Origin: Clostridia bacterium
GTDB taxonomy: Bacteria; Bacillota; Clostridia; Oscillospirales; CAG-272
Reading direction: 5' to 3'
NCBI GenBank assembly: GCA_017937845.1
Contig: JAGBCV010000016.1
Coordinates: 26,299-90,298, forward strand
Length of the DNA: 64,000 nt
A model generated the notes under the pieces. It saw nothing but the letters and a program-made list of their open reading frames with translations. It did not search any database and was not told where the DNA came from. Shown here one piece after another: positions 1-9,936 of this stretch; the first letter of the stretch is position 1; each line of letters starts with the position of its first letter. The position numbers were made by a program, and so were the translations under genes.

Positions 1-3000
1 ATCGTTCAAGAATCTTGGGGAAGACGACAAGCTCCATCTCTCCGAGACGGTCTTCCACGGTGAGAAACGCCATCGGCGCGCCTGCCCGCGTTTGCTTGTT
101 TACGCGGGCGGTGATGATGCCCGCAATGGTGAGCTTTTGATGATCCTTGTAGGTGTCGGATTCTCCGTCTTCTTCAAAGGCGGAAAGGATATCCCCGATG
201 GGGACGGCGTGAAAATATTTGGCGTGCGCCTCGAAATCATCAAACGGATGACCCGAAAAATACATACCCATGCTTTCTTTTTCTTGGCGCAGACGCTCTT
301 TTGTCGGAAGCTCTTCCATCTCGGGGTAAACGTAATCCGTTTCGGGATAATCGTCCGCTACGGAGATATTGCCGATGGAGAAAAGGTCGAGCTGACCGTC
401 GGAGCGGTTGCGCTCCTTTTTGAGATAGATATCGATGATGCGCTCGTATTCAGATAGAAGCTGAGAACGCTTTGTGCCGAGAGAATCAAACGCACCGCTT
501 TTGATGAGAGATTCCACTTGGCGCTTATTGAGGTCGCGTCCGCTCATACGGGAAACGAAATTTTCAAAGGACGTGAACTTTCCTGAATTTCGTTCAAAAA
601 CGACTTCCGCAAGGAAATTTTTGCCGACGTTTTTGATGCCGAGAAGTCCGAAGCGAATGGCGCGCTTGCCACCGTATTTGACCACGGTATAGGTGTCGCG
701 GCTTTCGTTGATATCGGGACCGAGCACGGCGATCCTCATTTTTTGCGCTTGATCGACATAAACGGCAGTCTTGCCCATATTGCCGAGGACGGACGTGAGC
801 AGGGAGGCGAGATATTCGCAGGGGTAATGCGCTTTCAGATACGCGGTGCGATAGGAGGTGTAAGCGTATGCGGTCGCGTGGGATTTATTGAAGGCGTAAG
901 CGGCGAAGGAGGACATGGTATCAAAGATTTCGGTCGCAATTTCTTCGGAAATGCCTGCGGAAACGGCACCGTGACAGATGACCTTGCCGTTTTCGTCCTT
1001 TTCACCGAAAATGAAGGCTTGGCGTTCGTTTTCCATTTCTTTTGCCTTCTTTTTCGACATGGCGCGGCGAATGATATCCGCTCTGCCGTAGGAAAAGCCT
1101 GCGATATCGCGGCAGATATTCATGACCTGCTCTTGATACAGGATACAGCCCGAGGTCTCGTCTAAGATTTTCGCAAGCTGTGGGCAGGAATATTGGATAT
1201 TTTCGGGATGCAGACGGTTTTCGAGGAATTGCGGAATGGAATCCATCGGACCCGGGCGATAGATGGAGATGGCGAGAATGATATCCTCCAGACACGCGGG
1301 GCGCATCTGCATGAGCATTTTTCGCATACCGCCCGATTCGAGCTGGAAAATGCCGTCTGTTTTGCCCGAGGAGATCAGCTCATAGGTCTTTTCATCGTCA
1401 AAGGGGACGCGGCGAAGATCAAAATCCGGCTCGGAAAGGCGGATCTGCTTTTCCGTATCGGACATGATGGTGAGATATCGCAGACCCAAAAAGTCGAATT
1501 TGAGAAGTCCGAGCTTGGCGACGGTATCCATCGGAAATTGGGTGAGCGTCATTTCATCGTTGACCGCGATGGGGACGTATTCATGGACGGGGCGGTCTGT
1601 GATGACGATGCCTGCGGCGTGCGCGGAGGCATGACGGGGCATACCCTCGAGCGCTTTGGAGATATCGATCAGACGGCGAATGGATTCGTTATCGCGGTAC
1701 ATATCGCCGAGCGCGCCTTCGAGCGCCTTTTCGATGGTGATATGCAAATCGTTTGGGACGGCTTTTGCGACGGCGTCCACGTCGTTATAGCTCATGCCAA
1801 GCACGCGCCCGACGTCACGAATGACAGCCTTTGCCGCGAGCGTCCCAAAGGTGGAGATGCCGCAGACGTGATCTCTGCCGTATTTTTCGGAAACATATTC
1901 GATGACCTCGCCGCGGCGGTCATAGCAGAAGTCCGTATCAAAGTCGGGCATACTGACGCGCTCGGGGTTTAAGAATCGCTCGAACATTAAATTGTAATGA
2001 ATGGAGTCCACGTCCGTGATGCCGACGAGATACGCCACAAGGCTTCCCGCGCCCGAGCCTCGTCCGGGACCGACGGGGATATTCTTGCTTTTCGCAAAGC
2101 GGATGAAGTCCGCGACGATGAGATAATATTCCGCATAGCCCATCTTGATGATAACGGAAAGCTCATATTCGATGCGTTCGCGGTAAACGGCTTCCGTGTG
2201 TTCTTCATTGAAAAGAATCTCACCGCTTTTGATTTTTGCTTCAAAGCTTTCCATCGCAAGACGGCGAAGGTACATATCGGGGGCTTCGCCCGTTTCGGGG
2301 TGAAAACGGGGAAGATAGAGATTGTCAAAGCAAAAATCAAAGTTGCAGAGGTCGGCAATCTTTTGTGTGTTTTCGAGAGCGCCCTCGTAAGCACCGAAAA
2401 GCGTTTTCATTTCCTCTTCGCTTTTCATGTAAAATTCATCGGTTTCAAAGCCGAACGGTCTGCCGTCGGCGATCTTATTGCCCGTTTGGATGCACATGAG
2501 AACGGCTTGCGTGTCGGAATCGTTTCGTCTGAGATAGTGTACGTCGTTCGTTGCGACGAGCGGGATTCCCGTATCCTCGGAAAGGCGGAGAAGCTCACGG
2601 TTTACTTCCTTTTGCTCCTCGATACCGTGGTCCTGTATTTCAAGATAGTAGCTGTCCTCTCCGAAAAGGGAACGCATGAAAAGGGCATGCTCCTTGGCTT
2701 TTTCATAGTCGCCGCCGATCAAAAGCTTTGGGATATAGCCTGCCAGACACGCGGAAAGGCAGATGAGCCCCTCGTGATGCTCGGTGAGCAATTCCATATC
2801 GATGCGGGGCTTGGTATAGAAGCCCTCGGTGTAGGCTTTGGAGACCATATAGCAAAGATTTTTGTAGCCCGTTTCGTTCTTGCAAAGTAGGACGAGATGA
2901 TAGCGCGTGCTGTCCGTTTCGTGGCGTTTATCGAAGCGTGAGCCTGCCGCCACGTAGACCTCGCACCCGATGATGGGCTTGACACCCTCGTTTTTGCAAG

Positions 3001-3157
3001 CGCGGTAAAAATCGACGACGCCGTACATCGCGCCGTGGTCTGTGATGGCGACGGCAGTCTGCCCGAGCTCGCGTGCGCGGCGCGGAATATCGGTGACACG
3101 GCAGGCACCGTCAAGAAGGCTGTATTCGCTATGCAAATGGAGATGGACGAACGGCAT
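1..3157 (-). CDS. dnaE: DNA polymerase III subunit alpha (partial, runs off window start)
   Basis: Manual translation from ATG at 3157 gives MPFVHLHLHSEYSLLDGA, the PHP-domain start of DnaE. Absent from the ORF track, consistent with no stop codon inside the window. Confidence 0.95.
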   Translation of the reverse strand, partial: MPFVHLHLHSEYSLLDGACRVTDIPRRARELGQTAVAITDHGAMYGVVDFYRACKNEGVKPIIGCEVYVAAGSRFDKRHETDSTRYHLVLLCKNETGYKNLCYMVSKAYTEGFYTKPRIDMELLTEHHEGLICLSACLAGYIPKLLIGGDYEKAKEHALFMRSLFGEDSYYLEIQDHGIEEQKEVNRELLRLSEDTGIPLVATNDVHYLRRNDSDTQAVLMCIQTGNKIADGRPFGFETDEFYMKSEEEMKTLFGAYEGALENTQKIADLCNFDFCFDNLYLPRFHPETGEAPDMYLRRLAMESFEAKIKSGEILFNEEHTEAVYRERIEYELSVIIKMGYAEYYLIVADFIRFAKSKNIPVGPGRGSGAGSLVAYLVGITDVDSIHYNLMFERFLNPERVSMPDFDTDFCYDRRGEVIEYVSEKYGRDHVCGISTFGTLAAKAVIRDVGRVLGMSYNDVDAVAKAVPNDLHITIEKALEGALGDMYRDNESIRRLIDISKALEGMPRHASAHAAGIVITDRPVHEYVPIAVNDEMTLTQFPMDTVAKLGLLKFDFLGLRYLTIMSDTEKQIRLSEPDFDLRRVPFDDEKTYELISSGKTDGIFQLESGGMRKMLMQMRPACLEDIILAISIYRPGPMDSIPQFLENRLHPENIQYSCPQLAKILDETSGCILYQEQVMNICRDIAGFSYGRADIIRRAMSKKKAKEMENERQAFIFGEKDENGKVICHGAVSAGISEEIATEIFDTMSSFAAYAFNKSHATAYAYTSYRTAYLKAHYPCEYLASLLTSVLGNMGKTAVYVDQAQKMRIAVLGPDINESRDTYTVVKYGGKRAIRFGLLGIKNVGKNFLAEVVFERNSGKFTSFENFVSRMSGRDLNKRQVESLIKSGAFDSLGTKRSQLLSEYERIIDIYLKKERNRSDGQLDLFSIGNISVADDYPETDYVYPEMEELPTKERLRQEKESMGMYFSGHPFDDFEAHAKYFHAVPIGDILSAFEEDGESDTYKDHQKLTIAGIITARVNKQTRAGAPMAFLTVEDRLGEMELVVFPKILER

Positions 3158-3176
3158 GTTTTCGCTTCCTTTCGGT

Positions 3177-4064
3177 TTATAATTTGGCTTCGGTTTGCTT
3201 GTTTTCTTCGTAAAAATGGTATATCTTTTGCAAGCGCTTGCTTACTTGCGATTTGGAGATGGGTGGTTCCTCCATATCGGCAAGCTCCTGCAAGGTGAGC
3301 GTATCGTTATCGACGCGGTTTTGCGCCGTCGTGCGAAGCTCCGCGGGGAGCTTTTCAAAATCTCCGCTTTCCATCAGCGCGCGAATGGCGTCGACGTAAA
3401 TACCCGCGGCGTTGACGGTCTTCGTGAGGTTTGCCATATCGAAATTTTGCTTGCGGTTGACCTCATTGTTTTTTTCGCGGAGCATTTTCGCGTTGATGAC
3501 CTCAAAGGCTTCCTTTTTTGCGCCTATATAAGAGAGGAAATAATGTACGCTTTCCGCGTCGCGGAAATAGATGATCTGATTGCCGCGGCGAACGGAGAGC
3601 TTTGGCAAACGGAAATGGAGCGTCAGCGCCGTTGCGGCATCGCAAGCGAGGTCGGGGCTTGCCGTGGAAAGCTCAAGACGCGGCTTTTCGGGCGGATTGA
3701 CGAAGCCCGAAACGAGAAACGCACCGCGGAAAAAATGGTCATCGCATTTGGAGCAGCGGAAGATATCCTTGAGGTTTTCGCCGTACTGCATGACGATATC
3801 GTAAACGGCCTTGAAATCCTCGCCTGAGAGGGTATTTTTGTAGACGGTTCCTACCTTTTTTGTCACGACCGTTGCGCCTGCGATCTCCTTAAAAAGACGG
3901 GCGTAGGCTTCGGATACCTCGATGGTCTCCGTTTGAAAAACACAGGTGTTTTCATCCGTGAACGTGGAAAAACGGAACATGCCCGCGAGCATGGCGTGAC
4001 GGCAGCAGTCCTTGCCGGGGGCTTTTTCGGCAAGCTTGATTTTGGTTTCACTGGAAAATGACAT
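3177..4064 (-). CDS. whiA: DNA-binding protein WhiA
   Basis: MSFSSETK start, FFRGAFLVSG..P....LEL, VNR..NFDMANL.KT and C-terminal HTH (PPISKSQVSKRL) typical of WhiA. Confidence 0.9.
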   Translation of the reverse strand: MSFSSETKIKLAEKAPGKDCCRHAMLAGMFRFSTFTDENTCVFQTETIEVSEAYARLFKEIAGATVVTKKVGTVYKNTLSGEDFKAVYDIVMQYGENLKDIFRCSKCDDHFFRGAFLVSGFVNPPEKPRLELSTASPDLACDAATALTLHFRLPKLSVRRGNQIIYFRDAESVHYFLSYIGAKKEAFEVINAKMLREKNNEVNRKQNFDMANLTKTVNAAGIYVDAIRALMESGDFEKLPAELRTTAQNRVDNDTLTLQELADMEEPPISKSQVSKRLQKIYHFYEENKQTEAKL

Positions 4065-4131
4065 TTTGATTTTTTACCTGTTTCTATGTTAAAGATGTTG
4101 GATTTTATGATTGGCAGAGGGCGACCGTCAA

Positions 4132-4158
4132 CGGGATGTCGAGGCGCCGTCCCCTACA
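4132..4158 (-). repeat. REP-like (GTAG-type) palindrome
   Basis: Minus strand reads TGTAGGGGACGGCGCCTCGACATCCCG: GTAG head followed by an imperfect GC-rich stem, in the murB-whiA intergenic gap. Confidence 0.55.
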
Positions 4159-4194
4159 AACGAACGATTTTATTTGGTCAAACGACGTAAGGGG

Positions 4195-5091
4195 TCAAGG
4201 TCTTTCGGAAACGTGAATGATTTCCGTTTCAAGATACACGCCGAACGTTTTCATGACCTCGGCGCGGATATGTTCGATGAGAGAAAGCACGTCATGTGAG
4301 GTCGCGCCGCCGCGGTTAACGATGAAGCCTGCGTGCTTTTCGGAGACCTCAGCGCCGCCGATGCGGTAGCCCTTGAGCCCGCATTTTTCGATGAGAGCGC
4401 CTGCAAAGTGTCCCTCGGGACGCTTAAAGACGCTTCCTGCGCTCGGAAATTCGAGCGGTTGCTTTTCTTTTCTTGCCTTCATGCGGTCTTCACAGAGCTT
4501 TTGAAGCTCCTCGGCATTCCCCTTTTGCAGGGAAAAACGCGCGGAAAGAATGATATCTCCGCTTGTCTGATAGACGCTTTTTCGGTAGCCGTAGGCGTGG
4601 TCGGCAAGGGGACGGGTGCGGATATGCTCGCCGTCAAAATAGGTGCTTTCGGTGAGAATACGGGAGATCTCCGCCTCGTATGCGCCTGCGTTCATATAGA
4701 CCGCGCCGCCAACGGTGGCGGGAATACCGTATGCAAATTCGAGTCCCGAAAGTCCGCGACGCACCGCTTCTCCCGCGATGGCGGTGAGCGATGCGCCTGC
4801 CTCCGCTTCGACGAAATCTTCGCCCCAGATAACGCGCTTCAGTGCGGTCGTGAAGACGATAAGTCCGCGAAAGCCCGCGTCGTCAAAGAGCATATTGGTG
4901 GCGTTGCCGACGACGAGCGTCTTGATGTTTTCTTGTTTGGCAAGGGCGACGAGGGAAGCAAGCTCCTCCTTCGTGCGCGGAAATGCCGCAAGGTCGGCGC
5001 ATCCTCCGATCTTGAAGGAGGAATGCTTGGCAAGGGGAAGGTCCTCTTGGATGATGGTGCTGAAATTTTCTTTGATGGTCTGCATAGGCAT
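4195..5091 (-). CDS. murB: UDP-N-acetylmuramate dehydrogenase
   Basis: SFKIGG, GIPATVGGAVYMNAGAY, QPLEFPSAGSVFKRP, SEKHAGFIVN motifs; start chosen after GGAG. Confidence 0.95.
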   Translation of the reverse strand: MPMQTIKENFSTIIQEDLPLAKHSSFKIGGCADLAAFPRTKEELASLVALAKQENIKTLVVGNATNMLFDDAGFRGLIVFTTALKRVIWGEDFVEAEAGASLTAIAGEAVRRGLSGLEFAYGIPATVGGAVYMNAGAYEAEISRILTESTYFDGEHIRTRPLADHAYGYRKSVYQTSGDIILSARFSLQKGNAEELQKLCEDRMKARKEKQPLEFPSAGSVFKRPEGHFAGALIEKCGLKGYRIGGAEVSEKHAGFIVNRGGATSHDVLSLIEHIRAEVMKTFGVYLETEIIHVSERP

Positions 5092-5176
5092 ACTACTCCA
5101 TTTTATCATTCTCATATCATTATAACAAATTTTTATGAAAAAAGATAGAGATTTTATGTTTTTTATGAAAAAATTC

Positions 5177-5226
5177 TTGACTTTTTACGGTGTGAATGTT
5201 ACAATGAAAGTGTTCCAAACGGAACA
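5177..5226 (+). promoter_or_regulatory. sigma-A promoter plus palindromic operator
   Basis: TTGACT-17-TACAAT with extended TG; TGTTCC-AAAC-GGAACA palindrome at 5211-5226. Confidence 0.65.
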
Positions 5227-5251
5227 GTTTTATGAAAGGCGTGGTGATGGT

Positions 5252-5914
5252 ATGGACGTGCAGGGCGAAATGCGCGAAGTGCTTTGCAAAACCGATATCT
5301 TTCGCGGAATGTCCGCGCAAACGGAGAACGTTTTGCTTTCGCTTCCTGTTTCCTCGTTTTCGGCGGGCGATACGATCGCAAACGAAAAGGGGACGGTATC
5401 CCTCGGCGTTTTGCTTGCGGGAAAGGCTTCCATCTACGGACGCAGCGGCGGAAACCGTGTGCTTCTGAACCGTCTGGAGCGCGCCTCGGTCTTTGATGCG
5501 GCGACGGTCTTCTTCTCCGAAAACGAAACGGTCAGCACGGTCGTTGCCAAAACAAAATGCCGCGTTTTGTTCATAGAACGCCCCGTTTTGGAAACAATAA
5601 TCGAAAACGACCCCAAGGTCGCGCACGATTATATTCTCTTTCTTTCCGACAAGATCGGCTTTCTGAACCGAAAGATCATCGCCTTTACTGCGAAAAACGC
5701 AGACGCGGCGCTCGCCGGTTATCTGCTCGACAACGCGGGGGAGGACGGCTTGCTTTCGGTCAATATGACGCGCATCGCGTCGATCCTCGATATCGGCAGA
5801 ACGACGCTTTACCGCGCCGTGGATGCGCTCGAAAAGGACGGCTGTATCGCTTACGACGGAAAGGAAATGCGGATCTTAGACCGCGAAACGCTCGAATCCA
5901 GAGCAAAAAATTGA
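5252..5914 (+). CDS. Crp/Fnr family transcriptional regulator
   Basis: cNMP-binding-like N-terminal domain and C-terminal HTH (MTRIASILDIGRTTLYRAVDALEKDG). Confidence 0.85.
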   Translation: MDVQGEMREVLCKTDIFRGMSAQTENVLLSLPVSSFSAGDTIANEKGTVSLGVLLAGKASIYGRSGGNRVLLNRLERASVFDAATVFFSENETVSTVVAKTKCRVLFIERPVLETIIENDPKVAHDYILFLSDKIGFLNRKIIAFTAKNADAALAGYLLDNAGEDGLLSVNMTRIASILDIGRTTLYRAVDALEKDGCIAYDGKEMRILDRETLESRAKN

Positions 5915-5943
5915 ACTTTTTTTGAAAAGAAAGGAACGACATC

Positions 5944-6927
5944 ATGAAAAAAATCCTTGCACTTGTTCTCGCGCTTTGCATGATCTTCGCGCTTGTTTCC
6001 TGCAACGATACCCCCGAAAACCCCGACGTTACCGTTCGCGCAACCGTCATGAAGGGTCCGACCGGTATGGGTATGTCCAAGCTTATGAAGGACGATGCAA
6101 ACGGCACCTCTCAAAACGATTATGAATTTACCGTTGCAGCTTCTCCCGATGAAGCAAGAAACGCGCTCATTTCCGGTACGACCGATATCGCGGCGCTTCC
6201 CGTAAACCTTGCGGCGGTCCTTTACAATAAGGGCGTTGACATCAGCTTCGTCGGCATCAACACCCTCGGCGTTCTCTATATCCTTGAAAACGGCAATACG
6301 ATCACTTCTGTGGAAGACCTCCGCGGCAAGACCATCTACGCGACAGGTCAGGGCTCGACTCCGCAGTATATCCTCGAATACCTTCTCACAAAGAACGGCA
6401 TCGACCTTGAAAACGATATCACCATCGAATATATCGCAGAGCACGCTGAGCTTGCGACAAAGCTCGCAACGGGCGACGCTGCGATCGGCATTTTGCCCGA
6501 ACCCAACGTGACCTCCGCGCTTTCCGCGGCAACACAGAACGGCAACACCGCTCTCCGCATCGCGCTTGACGTGACCGAGGAATGGGAAAAATTCGGTGAA
6601 GGCGAGCTTTGCCAAGGCTGTATCGTCGTGACCAATCAGTTCAAAAACGAGCATCCCGAGCAGTATGCGAAATTCCTCAAAGAATACGCGGCTTCTGCGG
6701 AATACGTTGTGACCGAGGTCGACGAAGCGTCGAAGATCATCGAGGAATTTGGTATCATTCCGAAGGCTCCTCTTGCGAAAAAGGCGATTCCGAACGCAAA
6801 CATCTGCTTCATCGACGGCGACGACGGCATTGCCTATATGCAGAGCGTTTTGAACGTGCTTTACACCGCGAACCCCTCCTCCGTCGGCGGTAAGCTTCCC
6901 GACGATGCTTTCTATGGTAAAAAATAA
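5944..6927 (+). CDS. ABC transporter substrate-binding lipoprotein (NitT/TauT/SsuA-like)
   Basis: Lipobox LVSC; GPTGMG, DLRGKTI and LPEP motifs. Confidence 0.85.
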   Translation: MKKILALVLALCMIFALVSCNDTPENPDVTVRATVMKGPTGMGMSKLMKDDANGTSQNDYEFTVAASPDEARNALISGTTDIAALPVNLAAVLYNKGVDISFVGINTLGVLYILENGNTITSVEDLRGKTIYATGQGSTPQYILEYLLTKNGIDLENDITIEYIAEHAELATKLATGDAAIGILPEPNVTSALSAATQNGNTALRIALDVTEEWEKFGEGELCQGCIVVTNQFKNEHPEQYAKFLKEYAASAEYVVTEVDEASKIIEEFGIIPKAPLAKKAIPNANICFIDGDDGIAYMQSVLNVLYTANPSSVGGKLPDDAFYGKK

Positions 6928-7693
6928 AACGATCAAGGCTTTCATCCGAGGCGCGATATGCTTCGCGTTTTGGATGGCGGTCTGGTATATCCTTTCGGCG
7001 GCGCTCGGACGCGCACTCGTGCTTCCGACGCCGTTTGCCGTATTCGGAAGACTGCTCTCTCTTTTGCCGACGGCGGATTTCTGGCTTGCCTGTCTTGGGT
7101 CTGTTCTGCGTATCTTCGTGGGACTTATCGCGGGCATTTTGACGGGTGTTTTGCTTGCGTCGCTTTGCGCGGTGAGCAAGCTCATGGAGGCGATCTTCGA
7201 GCCTCTCGTCACCGTCATCAAGGCAACGCCCGTGGCATCCATCATCATTCTCATGCTGTTTATCATGGCGAAGAGCGCTGTGCCGATGGTGGCGGCGCTT
7301 CTCATGGTCATTCCCATTGTATTCGGCAACGTCAAAAAGGGTATCACGTCCGTCCCCGTCGATCTTTCTGAGGTCGCGGAGATGTATGACTTCGGTTTTG
7401 GCAAACGCATGAAATATCTCGTTTTGCCGTCTGTGCTTCCGTATTTTTCGGCGGCTTGCCGTTCTGCGCTCGGACTCGCATGGAAGGCGGGAATCGCGGC
7501 GGAGGTCATCTGCTATCCCAAGTATTCCATCGGCGCGAACCTCAACAACGCGAAGGTCTATCTCGAAAGCGAGGAGCTTTACGCTTGGACCATCGTCGTC
7601 ATCGTCATCAGCGTTCTGATCGAAAAGGGTGTGGTCTCGCTCCTTGACCTTGTGATGAAAAAGGGAGGTGTTTCGCGTGCTGAAGCTCTCTGA
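6914..7693 (+). CDS. ABC transporter permease (NitT/TauT type)
   Basis: Multiple TM segments, LPTP and AWKAGIAAEV motifs. Confidence 0.85.
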   Translation: MVKNKTIKAFIRGAICFAFWMAVWYILSAALGRALVLPTPFAVFGRLLSLLPTADFWLACLGSVLRIFVGLIAGILTGVLLASLCAVSKLMEAIFEPLVTVIKATPVASIIILMLFIMAKSAVPMVAALLMVIPIVFGNVKKGITSVPVDLSEVAEMYDFGFGKRMKYLVLPSVLPYFSAACRSALGLAWKAGIAAEVICYPKYSIGANLNNAKVYLESEELYAWTIVVIVISVLIEKGVVSLLDLVMKKGGVSRAEAL

Positions 7694-8285
7694 TATTACG
7701 AAATCCTTTGGTGAAAGATGTGTGCTTTCGGGCGTTTCGCTCTCTCTTGAAAAGGGCGACGTGGCGGTGCTTTCGGGCATATCGGGCGGCGGCAAAACGA
7801 CGCTTCTCCGCATCGCGGCGGGACTTGAAAAAGCGGACAGCGGTTTTGTGGAAAAGGACGGAACGGTCGCCGTCGTTTTTGCGGAAGCAAGACTTTTTCC
7901 CTCGGTCAGCGTGCTTGAAAACGTCACCTGCGTGATGCGCGGCGACAAAAGGGAAAACGTCAAAAGGGCGGAAAAGCTCCTTTCCATGCTCGGTCTTTCC
8001 GATGCAAAGGATCTGTATCCGCGCGAAATATCGAGCGGCATGGCGGCGCGTGTTTCCATTGCCCGCGCGCTCGCGTATGATGCGGATATCTATCTTCTTG
8101 ACGAGCCTCTCAAAAGTCTTGATGAGGCACTTAAAATGCAGGTCATGCAAGACCTCAAGGAATTTTTTAAGACCAAGGCGGTGCTGATCATCAGCCACGA
8201 CGAGGCGGAAGCGGAAATGCTTGCGACGGTCCGCTATCGGCTTTGCGATTCCGTTTTGATGAAAATCGAAAAAGACGAACCTTGA
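7677..8285 (+). CDS. ABC transporter ATP-binding protein
   Basis: Walker A GISGGGKTT, signature ISSGM, Walker B LLDEP, H-loop ISHD. Confidence 0.9.
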   Translation: MLKLSDITKSFGERCVLSGVSLSLEKGDVAVLSGISGGGKTTLLRIAAGLEKADSGFVEKDGTVAVVFAEARLFPSVSVLENVTCVMRGDKRENVKRAEKLLSMLGLSDAKDLYPREISSGMAARVSIARALAYDADIYLLDEPLKSLDEALKMQVMQDLKEFFKTKAVLIISHDEAEAEMLATVRYRLCDSVLMKIEKDEP

Positions 8286-8354
8286 CTTTGGGTTCGTCTT
8301 TTTGCTTTGTATTAAAAAATTTCAGAAATCGGTTCAGAAAATAAAGGTTTAGGG

Positions 8355-8383
8355 TTGCTTTTTTTTAGATATTATTATATAAT
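8355..8383 (+). promoter_or_regulatory. putative sigma-A promoter of glg operon
   Basis: TTGCTT-17-TATAAT. Confidence 0.45.
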
Positions 8384-8718
8384 TATATTAACAGAACTAT
8401 ACCTTTCTCGCACATACTCCAAAAAACGATGGCAAAGATCCCAAAACATTGCCGAGAACGTGTGTTTTCGGCGATTTTATCGTTTGGAAAGGTGTATTTT
8501 TGAGAAGCGGACGCTTTTTCAAAGAAAAGCTTGCAGCTTGCATTCCGCACGGGTTTCGCGGTGTTTCGCATATTCGTGAGAGAACGTGCGTTTGGTGAGC
8601 CCCGCAAAACAAGAGTGAAAATCCCTACGTATACCACTTTTTTATCCAAAGCATTTTTATTTCATAGGTCAAGTACGCAAATACATTTTTACATAGAAAA
8701 CGAAAGGCAGGAATTCTT

Positions 8719-9921
8719 ATGCTCAAGAAAAAAGAATGTATCGCAATGCTTCTTGCAGGCGGCCAAGGCAGCCGTCTGTATACCCTCACGGAAAAGACGG
8801 CAAAGCCCGCGGTTCCTTTTGGGGGTAAATACCGTATCATCGACTTCCCGATGTCAAACTGTGTGAACTCCGGCATTGATACGGTCGGTGTTTTGACCCA
8901 GTATCAACCTCTTGTTTTGAACGAATATATCGGCAACGGTCAGCCGTGGGATCTTGACCGTACGCATGGCGGTGTTACCGTTCTTTCCCCTTACGAGGCT
9001 AAGGGCGGCAAGGACTGGTATCGCGGTACAGCCAATGCGATCTATCAGAACCTCACCTTCATCGAACGCTATTCTCCCGAATATACGCTCATCCTCGGCG
9101 GCGACCATATCTACAAGATGGATTACAGCAAGATGCTCGCTGAACACAAGAAGAACGGCGCGGATTGCACCATCGCGGTCCTCGAGGTTCCCATGGAGGA
9201 AGCAAGCCGCTTCGGTATCCTCAATACCGACGAAAACAACAGAATTTACGAGTTTGAAGAAAAGCCCAAGCAGCCCAAGAGCAACAAGGCTTCCATGGGT
9301 ATCTACATCTTCACGACAGAGGTCCTCAAGAAGTACCTCATCGAAGACGAAGCAGACCCCAATTCTTCCAACGACTTCGGTAAGAATATCATCCCCAATA
9401 TGCTGAACGACGGCATGAAGATGTATTCCTACACGTTCGACGGCTACTGGAAAGACGTCGGTACGCTCACCAGCCTTTGGGAAGCGAACATGGATATCCT
9501 CGGCAAAAATCCCACATTCAATCTTTACGACCGCAAGTTCCGTATCTTCTACCGCCACAATGCTTTGCCGCCGCACCGCGTTGGCGAAGACGCTAAGGTG
9601 AAGAACTCGATGCTCACAGAGGGCTGTGTCATCGACGGTACGGTTGAAAACTCCGTTCTTTCCAATGGCGTTATCGTGGAAAGAGGTGCTGTCGTTAAGG
9701 ATTCCGTTATCATGAGCGGCGCGAAGATCTGCGCGGGCGCAAAGGTCGAATACGCCATCATCGACAGCGATACCGTTGTCGGCGCGGGCTGCCAGCTCGG
9801 CGAAGCAAAGGAAACGCAGAAGCTTCTCGTTCTCGGCGGCGGCATGAATATCCCCGCGGGAACAACACTTGGCGGCGGTGACGTTATCGACGCCAAAAAC
9901 CTCAAAGATTATATCGGTTAA
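8719..9921 (+). CDS. glgC: glucose-1-phosphate adenylyltransferase
   Basis: [38 protein letters not shown]. Confidence 0.97.
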   Translation: MLKKKECIAMLLAGGQGSRLYTLTEKTAKPAVPFGGKYRIIDFPMSNCVNSGIDTVGVLTQYQPLVLNEYIGNGQPWDLDRTHGGVTVLSPYEAKGGKDWYRGTANAIYQNLTFIERYSPEYTLILGGDHIYKMDYSKMLAEHKKNGADCTIAVLEVPMEEASRFGILNTDENNRIYEFEEKPKQPKSNKASMGIYIFTTEVLKKYLIEDEADPNSSNDFGKNIIPNMLNDGMKMYSYTFDGYWKDVGTLTSLWEANMDILGKNPTFNLYDRKFRIFYRHNALPPHRVGEDAKVKNSMLTEGCVIDGTVENSVLSNGVIVERGAVVKDSVIMSGAKICAGAKVEYAIIDSDTVVGAGCQLGEAKETQKLLVLGGGMNIPAGTTLGGGDVIDAKNLKDYIG

Positions 9922-9936
9922 GGGAGGACACGGACA

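Noticed and set aside
92-3114. Many plus-strand and short minus-strand ORFs in the track
   Set aside because: They are shadows of dnaE, which occupies the minus strand from 3157 to the window edge.
8454-8595. Imperfect repeat GAGAACGTGYGTTT upstream of glgC
   Set aside because: Only two short copies and no recognisable regulator motif or riboswitch; insufficient support.
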